A model generated the notes under the pieces. It saw nothing but the letters and a program-made list of their open reading frames with translations. It had not been told where the DNA came from and did not search any database. A DNA stretch of 64,000 nt from Wickerhamiella versatilis. Its lineage: Eukaryota. Below are positions 32,171 through 40,787 of the stretch, piece after piece. The DNA lies in NCBI GenBank assembly GCA_030867685.1, contig JAQOWU010000008.1, forward strand, positions 3,162,001 to 3,226,000, given 5' to 3'. The position numbers and the translations under genes are program-made. Every line of letters begins with the position of its first letter. Position 1 is the stretch's first letter.

Positions 32171-33073
32171 ACGGTGAAAGTACTTTGTCCGTGCTCTGCA
32201 CACGAATGGTGGTTGCAGGGGGAGTTGTACTGGTGTCCAAAATGCAGTGCAATACGATGCCCCCTGTGCACTCTAGCAGAAGTACTCACGCGCTATTGTC
32301 CACAGTGTATGTTTGAGGTTCCAAACCAGGAAGCACTGCGAAGTTTCAATTACTGTCAACGAAACTGTCTTTTGTGCCCAAGATGTGAAGTCAATGCAAT
32401 AGCAAGGCATTCTAATACCGGCTACATTGTGTCATGCTCCTTAGAGTGTGGTTGGTCTACACATATCGCAGAAAAGCCACTGGCGTCCGCTGGCGATCTG
32501 TCGCAGAAGGATGCTTTTACAGAGTTACACAACGCTTTTGTCAGAGGTGAAGAACTCAAAACACGACCATCCTGCCATGAATCTCCTAAATGCGTCTCAT
32601 TGCGGGCTAAATGGGCTCGTAAATGTAACGCTTGCATGTCAATTCTCGTAATGCCTAATCCATCTCCTTCAAAGGTAGAGTTTTCAACGCTTTCATTAAT
32701 GGCCAATATTATGCCAAGAATCGAAGATACAGGTCGTGAGGTCGTAGCATTCAATCCATTGTCCTACCCTATAGAAGTAGAGATGTGTTCCGAAATCCAT
32801 GCAATTGAACCGCATAAACCACGGAATACTGTGAAAGAGATCATACAAGGAGTTCCCACGGAGTGGGTACATCGTGAGACTAAAGAATCACGTCAAGTCT
32901 TCATGGAGAAGTCACGTTATAAAGATTTTGCAATATTCGAGCCAATTCTTTCTCAGTTCAAAGTAATAATTAAATCTGAAAATCAGCAATTGAAGGAAAA
33001 GGAAATGTGGGTCAAAATAAGTCCTCGGCGAGGGGCTGACTCATCGCGAAGTGACGACGAAGGTTCAGAATAA
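32171..33073 (+). CDS. Dynactin p62 (DCTN4)-like zinc-binding protein; start codon unresolved
   Basis: Cys pattern CPC..LYWCPKC..RCPLC..YCPQCMFEVP..C.RNCLLCPRC..C..CGW..LRAKWARKCNAC..ILV.P. No in-frame ATG upstream of the first Cys. Confidence 0.75.
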   Translation, partial: TVKVLCPCSAHEWWLQGELYWCPKCSAIRCPLCTLAEVLTRYCPQCMFEVPNQEALRSFNYCQRNCLLCPRCEVNAIARHSNTGYIVSCSLECGWSTHIAEKPLASAGDLSQKDAFTELHNAFVRGEELKTRPSCHESPKCVSLRAKWARKCNACMSILVMPNPSPSKVEFSTLSLMANIMPRIEDTGREVVAFNPLSYPIEVEMCSEIHAIEPHKPRNTVKEIIQGVPTEWVHRETKESRQVFMEKSRYKDFAIFEPILSQFKVIIKSENQQLKEKEMWVKISPRRGADSSRSDDEGSE

Positions 33074-33159
33074 GGCTGGATTTAGAAATAAGGGAGTCTG
33101 GTCTAGCTTTTTGTTTGACTGGTGTATAATATCATTATTCCACCTGATTTTGACGGATA

Positions 33160-33408
33160 ATGAATGAAGCTAGACAAGATAATTACGCGGCATTAGAGTA
33201 TGTCAAGCAGTTCAAAACGAAACCAAGGAACTCGAATCGGAAAAAGGACATGTGGGACTGGACGATCGCAGAAGCAGAAATTTATGAGCGGCAAGGCGAT
33301 AGCAGCCTTACGAATGAAGAAAGGTCCTATTACAAGACGCCCCAGGCAAGAGATCTGGAAGAATTAGCACAACAAATAGATAAAGAGGCACGTGGAAGAC
33401 GAGTTTAA
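33160..33408 (+). CDS. SYF2: Truncated Syf2-like splicing factor
   Basis: RKKDMWDWTIAEAEIYE resembles the fungal Syf2 WDWTI.E.E.W motif as I recall it; only 82 aa. Confidence 0.5.
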   Translation: MNEARQDNYAALEYVKQFKTKPRNSNRKKDMWDWTIAEAEIYERQGDSSLTNEERSYYKTPQARDLEELAQQIDKEARGRRV

Positions 33409-33509
33409 TTTAAAGTATACTATATCATGTCACATCACTTCAAATCACTTCACATCGTATAAATTAAAACTATATGGCAGTTCTTAATTGAAAGCTCCCT
33501 CAGCAAAAA

Positions 33510-34415
33510 ATGTTAGTCATGCACCGTAAGTGGTTTCGAATGGCCTCCTCGAAAGCAGGCTGGATGCAGCGTCTTGGCCGGCTAGATCCCATAGGGAGAC
33601 AGGAGCCACAGCAAGACCTAATGAAATTATTGAGGCATCTTACTGATAAGCGAATGGAGCGTCACTCGACAACTCCTCTGTTGACTTCCCACTACGATGA
33701 GTTATTTAAGGGATTGGGGACGTTAACAAAGTCCTCCAAATCAGAAATTTTGGAATTACCACTGCGCTCTCGAATTATATATTTATTGAGCCCCGAGAAG
33801 ACCGCCAGGGACATTATCCAAGATTTTGATTTACTATATTTCCATGCAAAAGCAGAGTATAAGGTAGCTGTTGCGGTCCTCGCAGATGCCCGAATAGGAC
33901 CTCAGGAAACTGCCCATATTGCACATGCTGTCAGTGGGGGTGGAACCATTTTGCCGTGGACACCAGTGCAACGCGATTTCTTCCGAGTGCATATTGCTAA
34001 TAAACTATGGAAATTTGGGATGCGTGAGAAATGTAAATCAGTTCTTTCAGATCCGACGTTATCCGAATTAGTTAGGACAGAGCGATTGAAAGTCAGATCT
34101 TTGAAAATGTTGGGGCGAGCATGGGCAGCTGCTGCTCCAGAGTCACTACTGGAGAATGCGCGGGCGTGTGCTGCCAATGGCACCTGGCGTGCTTGGTATG
34201 TGCTTTGGACAGAAGCTATGCGGCTTAAAAGAACAGAATTGGCCAGTGAAATCGCTAGCTTGGCCCCAATTTCTGAAGTGAAAAGCGGCTTGCAATCGGC
34301 AGTACATCGGCATAATCTCCCCACAGAACTTGATTTTGTCCCTCGCAAAGACCAAGCCGTGTCACAAGTACTCGCGGCGCTAAAGCCACACGAGATTCAG
34401 CTTAGCCTGAATTAG
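33510..34415 (+). CDS. Hypothetical helical protein (possibly mitochondrial)
   Basis: 301 aa ORF with a basic N-terminus; no family recognised. Confidence 0.65.
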   Translation: MLVMHRKWFRMASSKAGWMQRLGRLDPIGRQEPQQDLMKLLRHLTDKRMERHSTTPLLTSHYDELFKGLGTLTKSSKSEILELPLRSRIIYLLSPEKTARDIIQDFDLLYFHAKAEYKVAVAVLADARIGPQETAHIAHAVSGGGTILPWTPVQRDFFRVHIANKLWKFGMREKCKSVLSDPTLSELVRTERLKVRSLKMLGRAWAAAAPESLLENARACAANGTWRAWYVLWTEAMRLKRTELASEIASLAPISEVKSGLQSAVHRHNLPTELDFVPRKDQAVSQVLAALKPHEIQLSLN

Positions 34416-34596
34416 CTATTTATTATTTCACAAGTGTAACGTGAACTATGCATTAAGAAAAACATTACAATTCCAAAAGTATATAACGCGCTAAATTCAC
34501 AAATTTGGATAAATGATCAAATAACCATTTTGGTATATATCTATCTCGTGAGCGAGATAGACAAATATAAGCAGTTACCTAAGCGACGCTACAGGT

Positions 34597-37500
34597 ATGG
34601 CAGCGGAGTTCCTTGGAGTGCCCGTGTCGCAAATACCGGGTCTTCCTGAGCCGCTTGCTGACCAGATCGCAGCGCGTGCAGCGCTCGTGCGGTATGAGCT
34701 TGACACTGCTCGAGAAGAAACGGCTGCCCTTGCCTCTGCCCTCGAGCGCCGGCAAGCAGAAGCAGCTGCTCTGCGAGAGGAACTGGCTGGATCCCAGGCG
34801 AATACAGCCAGCGCTCGTAGGAGAGCACGGGAACTTGATTCCTCACTTGAAGCAGAGCGTCAGGCCAGGCTTACTGCTGAAGCCAAGGCCCAGGCAGCCG
34901 AAGCGCAGACGCGACGAGCTCATGAGAGCAATAAAATAGTACAACAGCAGCTCAGAGACGCCCGTAAAGAGCTTACTGATGAGAGGACAGGTCGTATTTC
35001 CGAGGTTGGGGGCCTCCGTGCAGAACTCACCGCTGCTGAGACCAAGCTATCTGCCTCCCAGAAGAGTCACGTAACTCTCAAGCAACAATTTGAGAAGCAA
35101 TGCGCTGAAATGGAGCGTATGCAATCTTCTATCGATCGCGAACGACGAAGTATCTCAGCTGAACGCTTGCGTGCTGCAGATGATTCTGAGCTACGTGATC
35201 AAGCCGTTAAGTCTGCTGAGCAGAGGGCTCAAGCTGCAGAGTCAAGAACAGAGGAAATAATAGCAGAGCTAAGCTCGGCAGAACAAGTTCAGGCAGATTT
35301 GGAAGCAGACTTAGAGTCTACAAGATTAACTGCGGAGAGCCTACGACAGCGAGCTAAGGAGGCTGAAGATAAGTTGGAAGAGCTCTTTGAAGAAACAGCA
35401 CCAGCAGATGCATCAGCCCTAAGGTCATTGAAGTCCAAAAGAGGCTCACTTCTTGATCTTTATGGTAGTTACGAAACAGCAACACGCGAGGCGGAGCGCT
35501 GGAAGCACCGTCATAATGTAATTAGAGCTCAAATGGATGAAGTTCTACAGGAACTTGAAGAAAGAGGCCCACAGATCATCGAGGAGCGTGAAGAACTCGA
35601 AAGGACCAGCTCTGAATTACTGACATTGCGCCGGAAGTTGAATGAACTTCAGGAAAAGTTCACCAAAGAAGAGTGGGCCCGTAACTCAGCCGAGCAGCGT
35701 GCTCGCGACCTTGAGGAGGAGCGCAGAAGTACAAATCTGACTTGCAGAGACTTAGGGTTGCAGATTCAGTATTTAGTCGCAAATGCAGAGTTAAAGGCAC
35801 ATGGTGAAGAACCATTGAGTGACAACGAGGTAGAGAGCGAAGGACAGCAGATTATAACAGAACGCCTGCTGCTGTTTCGAAATACCAGAGAATTGCAAGA
35901 ACAAAACGAACGACTGTTACGTGCTGCGAGGGCACTAACAGATAAACTCGATACAATCAGTAATACTACCAACAATCCTTCAGAATCTGTGTCGAAGGTC
36001 GAGAAACCTAAAGAGGTATCTCCTTATGTATCTGATGTTGAAATAACTGAATCACACAATGTTCAGGAACATCGTGAAGAAGAGCCCGAGGAAAAAAGAA
36101 ATGAGGAGGAATTACAGCAGGCTATTGATGAGGCATCGAGCGCATTAGAATCTGTGCAGGCACGTAACTGCCACCTACAGGCTGAGCTAGATAATGCTCG
36201 TTCACAAATCGCAGCACAGGCAGGCGCGGCTGATGAGCGGAGACGTGTTGCTGAAACAGCAGCTGAGGTCGCTCGAAGCGAACGTGATTTCTTGCGCACC
36301 CAATTGACGCAGCAGGCTGCTCAATTGGGAAAGAGCGCTGCAGAACTTCATGGTGTTCAGCAACAACTTATAAAGTCCGAAGACTTTCTGTCGAGCAGCT
36401 TAGAAAGTCAACGACAGCTTGAGATTAATGTGAGAGTTCTTGAACGTGATGAAGCTCGCCTGCGCGAGCAGCTCACCTCAGCAGAAGCCGAACAGGAAAG
36501 AATCAGGAACGAAGCAAGACGCTCTATTGAAATGGCTAGCGAGAGAGAGCAATCAGAACGTGAACAGGCAGCTCGGCTGTTAGTTGCAAACGAGTCTTTG
36601 CAGGGTGAAATCACAGCACTGCATAGACAGCTGGCAGATCGTCGCAAGCGGCAGCTAGCCGAGCTTCAAGAACTTAGGGAGAAGACCCGCCCACAGGAAG
36701 TAATTGTCGAGGAAATTCGTAAGAAGGCTGCCGAACAAGTGGCAGAAGTACAAAAATCACTCACTGAGACCCAGGAAGAACTTTCTAAATCCACTAGTGA
36801 GTTATCAAAAACTAAAGGTGAACTTCAACAAGCACGTGCAGATGCGGTCAAGGCACGCTTAGAGACGACAAAGCAAAGCCAAGAGCTTTTGGGAGTAAAG
36901 AGACATGCTGAGGCTGTTGAACAGCAGGTGGAGAAGCTGAATAGCCAGATAGCGGAACAAGCTCAGGCTCTTGCACATGCCCAGGCGGAGTCTCATAGAT
37001 TATCAACAGAAGTAGCTAAAGCTACTGCTGCTGCTGAAGCTGCTAATGCCGAAGTTAAACGTATATCATCTAAGGATGCAGTTGAAGCACCACCATCTAC
37101 TGGTGTGAAGGAGGTAGGTCAAGAACAGTCTTCAAGTTCAGAGAACCAAGCTCCTCCCAACGACGATGATGAATCGTTGATTGGATTTTTGCGAAGAGAA
37201 AAGGAGAAGACAGAATTGCAATTGAATCTCAAAGAGAAAGAAGTTCGTGAGCTCAAGTCGAAACTGGAATCATCATCAGAAGAGAAAGCAAACGCCACAG
37301 TCACCGCGGTCCCGCTTGAACCTGCAAAGCAGTCACAAGCTGAGAATCAATCTTCCTTGCCCGCAGCAAATGCGTTGCTAGAGACTAATAGTTCCCTGAG
37401 GAACGAAATCAATGGCTTGAAGCATCGGATTAGCTCAATGAGCCAAGAGATGACGGAGAGCCGTAATTCATTAGATGAACTTTCTGAACTTCGTACACAA

Positions 37501-38541
37501 AATACTGCCCTCACTGAACAACTGAGGCTGGTGGAGGAGGAAACCCGTAATTGGAAACAGCGTGCCTCATCTCCTGGGCCTGGAACTCCTAGCGCGGACA
37601 ATAAAGTCGAGGAGCTAGAGGATCGCTTGAAGAAGCTAAGGGAAGAGAGTCAAGATAAGCTTAACAAGAGCAGTCAGGACCGTCGTAAACTTCGAGAAGA
37701 GCTTGCGAAGAGGGAGGAGCGTATCGGCTACCTCGAAAATGAAGTCAACAGGTTTGAGGATCAAATAGTGGAAGTTACTCGTCAAGTTGAGAAGCTGCAG
37801 CAAGATGTCAAGAGTATTGATGAGGCACGCGCCAATGCTGAATCACGCGAGAAAGCTGCCGCAGGAAAGGTTTCTGAACTAGAGACAAAGAATGAAGAGT
37901 TAATGAAAAAGGCTGCTGATCAGCCCAAGGCATCTGCCCCTGCGTTGCCTAATCTTGTGGACAGTGAAAACCCTGGAGATTCTCAAAATTACAAGGATGC
38001 AGAGCAAGCGCTCCTTTCTCACGGTTCCACACCAGATGAGATAGACAATTTCAGAAAACACATTATGGAGAAGGTTCGAAGCTTCGTTCAAGGCAAGGAT
38101 GCTGAGATTGCACAACTCAAAACTGAAATTGATAAGTCCCAAGAGAATGCAGGGAAAAGTGCAGAACAAATCGAGGCTAAGCTTAAAAGTTCGCAAGAGA
38201 TCAAGCTTAAGCTATTTGAACGTCAAAAACAGTCACTCAAAGAACAGAATGAGAAGCTGGTAGAACAAATCAGAAAACTTAAGGGCGGAGTTAATGACGG
38301 ATCAAAATTAGTGACGGCGCCCTCAGGTATCATGAAGGTCGAGCCCAGTGAACCGTCCCCACAAAACAATTTACAACGGCAACAACATTCGACTCCGTCG
38401 CAAAAAATGAGCCAAGGAAAGCCAGCTCGTCCCCAGGTTCAGAATGCAAAGCGGCCCGGTGTCAACCGAGTCCCGTTCGGAAAGCGGCCAGGTCCACCCG
38501 GGCAGCAAGGCTCACAAAAGAAGAGACGAGAAGATGCTTGA
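34597..38541 (+). CDS. Nuclear basket coiled-coil protein, Mlp1/Mlp2/Tpr family
   Basis: Long coiled coil; LTCRDLGLQIQYLV, IITERLLLFRNTRELQEQNERLL, FLRREKE and EETRNWKQRA. Confidence 0.85.
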   Translation: MAAEFLGVPVSQIPGLPEPLADQIAARAALVRYELDTAREETAALASALERRQAEAAALREELAGSQANTASARRRARELDSSLEAERQARLTAEAKAQAAEAQTRRAHESNKIVQQQLRDARKELTDERTGRISEVGGLRAELTAAETKLSASQKSHVTLKQQFEKQCAEMERMQSSIDRERRSISAERLRAADDSELRDQAVKSAEQRAQAAESRTEEIIAELSSAEQVQADLEADLESTRLTAESLRQRAKEAEDKLEELFEETAPADASALRSLKSKRGSLLDLYGSYETATREAERWKHRHNVIRAQMDEVLQELEERGPQIIEEREELERTSSELLTLRRKLNELQEKFTKEEWARNSAEQRARDLEEERRSTNLTCRDLGLQIQYLVANAELKAHGEEPLSDNEVESEGQQIITERLLLFRNTRELQEQNERLLRAARALTDKLDTISNTTNNPSESVSKVEKPKEVSPYVSDVEITESHNVQEHREEEPEEKRNEEELQQAIDEASSALESVQARNCHLQAELDNARSQIAAQAGAADERRRVAETAAEVARSERDFLRTQLTQQAAQLGKSAAELHGVQQQLIKSEDFLSSSLESQRQLEINVRVLERDEARLREQLTSAEAEQERIRNEARRSIEMASEREQSEREQAARLLVANESLQGEITALHRQLADRRKRQLAELQELREKTRPQEVIVEEIRKKAAEQVAEVQKSLTETQEELSKSTSELSKTKGELQQARADAVKARLETTKQSQELLGVKRHAEAVEQQVEKLNSQIAEQAQALAHAQAESHRLSTEVAKATAAAEAANAEVKRISSKDAVEAPPSTGVKEVGQEQSSSSENQAPPNDDDESLIGFLRREKEKTELQLNLKEKEVRELKSKLESSSEEKANATVTAVPLEPAKQSQAENQSSLPAANALLETNSSLRNEINGLKHRISSMSQEMTESRNSLDELSELRTQNTALTEQLRLVEEETRNWKQRASSPGPGTPSADNKVEELEDRLKKLREESQDKLNKSSQDRRKLREELAKREERIGYLENEVNRFEDQIVEVTRQVEKLQQDVKSIDEARANAESREKAAAGKVSELETKNEELMKKAADQPKASAPALPNLVDSENPGDSQNYKDAEQALLSHGSTPDEIDNFRKHIMEKVRSFVQGKDAEIAQLKTEIDKSQENAGKSAEQIEAKLKSSQEIKLKLFERQKQSLKEQNEKLVEQIRKLKGGVNDGSKLVTAPSGIMKVEPSEPSPQNNLQRQQHSTPSQKMSQGKPARPQVQNAKRPGVNRVPFGKRPGPPGQQGSQKKRREDA

Positions 38542-38958
38542 ATATAAGAAATAGTGTTTACGATAACTAAATAAACTCATTAATTTTTGAAGACAACTAC
38601 TACTGTTATTATGGCTTTTTCCTAAGCCTATAATTTAATGTCCGAAATCTCATTAGTCAATAATCTCTTCAAAGTCGTTGGATATGCAGCTCTGCTGTAA
38701 TTCGTAATCAAGGGACAAGACAAGACGTACCCTGGTAGAGCTTCAGTAAAAATTCCGAAGCCATAATTTTCCGCTTCATGAAATAAGTCATAATAGGGAT
38801 GTCAGATTTTCTGGTTTCATATCCATATTCTAACCTATCATAGTCGTTGCATAGATATCTTAAAAAAACTTTAATATTATTACTTAAGAGAAATGCATAT
38901 AATTTCCTAATCCGTCCTAGGCACAGTTAATAAGCCATAGACGGTCTCAATTGTGAGT

Positions 38959-40695
38959 ATGGAAGAGTCCGTGCAGCCGTACCATCCAGAAAAAAATAAT
39001 TCGAGGAGCTCTTCACTTCTTTCACCGGATGAAGAGGCAGTAGATACTGAATTTCATGAAGCCCTTGAAGGTCCTGAAGGCGATCAGCAATCGAATGAGA
39101 AGGATGACACTGGGTTCTTAGATGGTAAGGAGCTAACATGGAGCGAATTGAGCACTGGAAATCCTATCCCCGCCCCTCCTGCCGATGAATCAAAGTACGA
39201 GGTGAAATTTTTAGATAACGACCCTGATTTCCCAGAGAATTGGAAGCTTGCTAGCAAGACGTTAATCATTTTTTCGTGTGCATTTTGTGCATTGGTAGTT
39301 GCATGGGGCTCTGCGATCTTTAGTGGCTCCATTCCAGGTGTCGAGGAGGAGTTTCATATGGGACAAGTTGTAGCTTCACTAAACATTTCACTGTATGTTG
39401 CCGGATTTGCCGTTGGACCCGTTATATGGGGTCCCATGAGTGAATTGGTAGGTCGGAGGATGCCTATGCTTGTTGGATTGTTTGGTTTTATGTTGTTTTG
39501 TTTTGCAGGTGGTGCAGCTAAGGACTTCCAGACCATTGTTCTGAGTCGTTTCTTTATGGGTGCTATCGGTGCGTCATCCATCACCGTTGGACCTGCAATG
39601 GCCGCTGATACCTTTAACTCCTTTGAGCGGGGTAGAGCCATTGCTTTTATCAGTCTAATGATTACAGCCGGGCCAATGGTATCGCCTGTTGTTGGAGGTT
39701 ACATTGGATCATCCTATTTGGGCTGGAGATGGACTCAGTATATCACCGGCATTTTTGCTGCTCTCATTCTCGTCATATGTACTCTGATTTTAAAGGAAAC
39801 TTATCCTCCAAAGCTTTTGGCAGTCAGAGCTTCTGTAATGAGAGAAGAATCAGGAAATTGGGCTTTATTTGCGCCCTTGGAAAAGAAGGAACTAGATACA
39901 CAAGAGCTTGTCCAGCGTACTATATTGAAGCCCCTTTCCATGTTGGTGGTTGAACCTATTTTGTTGTTAATTAGTCTTTATCATGGTCTTGTTTACGGTA
40001 TTTTGTATCTATGCTTGGATGCTGTGCCCTTGATTTTTGGCGCGGGATCAGATAGATCACCAGGTTACGGCTGGTCAGGAGGGAATTCTTTTCTTCCGTA
40101 CTTGGCCATGTTCGTTGGAGCCATTTTAATCATTGCTTTGGACATCGTATACTTCGAGCCTTACTACAACAAAAAACTCGTACAATCTGGCAAGAACGTT
40201 GTCCCTGAAGAAAGATTGCCACTAATGATGTTGAGTGGCTTTGCCTTCCCTATGGGTATATTTCTATTATGCTGGTCGGGTAACTACCGAGTATTCTGGT
40301 TCGTTCCAATCCTCGGGTTGGTATTAATTGGCTTTGGCATTATGGGGATCTTCATAGCATGTTTCAACTACATCATTGATGCCTACTTGGTTCTAGCTGC
40401 GTCCGGAATCGCTGCAAATACATTCTTGAGATCAGGGATGGGTGCGGCATTTCCTTTGTTCGCCGCTATAATGTTCAAAAACCTGGGGACAGAATGGGCT
40501 GGTACCCTTCTTGGATGTCTCGCGTCTTTGTTGGTTCCAGTGCCATTCTTATTTTACTATTTCGGACAGAAGATCAGATCCTCCTCCAAGTATGCGATCG
40601 CTGAGGACGGAGACGAGCTCGAAAGCCTTACGCGTAAGATGTCTATCCAATCTTCCTCGAGGACTCGACGGAGATCTTCTGTATTTGCTATATAA
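38959..40695 (+). CDS. MFS drug:H+ antiporter, DHA1 family (Tpo1/Flu1-like)
   Basis: DPDFPENW, GPVIWGPMSELVGRR, LGWRW, ETYPP and PEERL; about 12 TM segments. Confidence 0.92.
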   Translation: MEESVQPYHPEKNNSRSSSLLSPDEEAVDTEFHEALEGPEGDQQSNEKDDTGFLDGKELTWSELSTGNPIPAPPADESKYEVKFLDNDPDFPENWKLASKTLIIFSCAFCALVVAWGSAIFSGSIPGVEEEFHMGQVVASLNISLYVAGFAVGPVIWGPMSELVGRRMPMLVGLFGFMLFCFAGGAAKDFQTIVLSRFFMGAIGASSITVGPAMAADTFNSFERGRAIAFISLMITAGPMVSPVVGGYIGSSYLGWRWTQYITGIFAALILVICTLILKETYPPKLLAVRASVMREESGNWALFAPLEKKELDTQELVQRTILKPLSMLVVEPILLLISLYHGLVYGILYLCLDAVPLIFGAGSDRSPGYGWSGGNSFLPYLAMFVGAILIIALDIVYFEPYYNKKLVQSGKNVVPEERLPLMMLSGFAFPMGIFLLCWSGNYRVFWFVPILGLVLIGFGIMGIFIACFNYIIDAYLVLAASGIAANTFLRSGMGAAFPLFAAIMFKNLGTEWAGTLLGCLASLLVPVPFLFYYFGQKIRSSSKYAIAEDGDELESLTRKMSIQSSSRTRRRSSVFAI

Positions 40696-40787
40696 AACAG
40701 AGTGACATACCCATAGCTTTGTATCCAGAGACAATTTTTTAAAAGCTAAAACCAAAAATTATACTCAAATTACCTACACATTATCGC

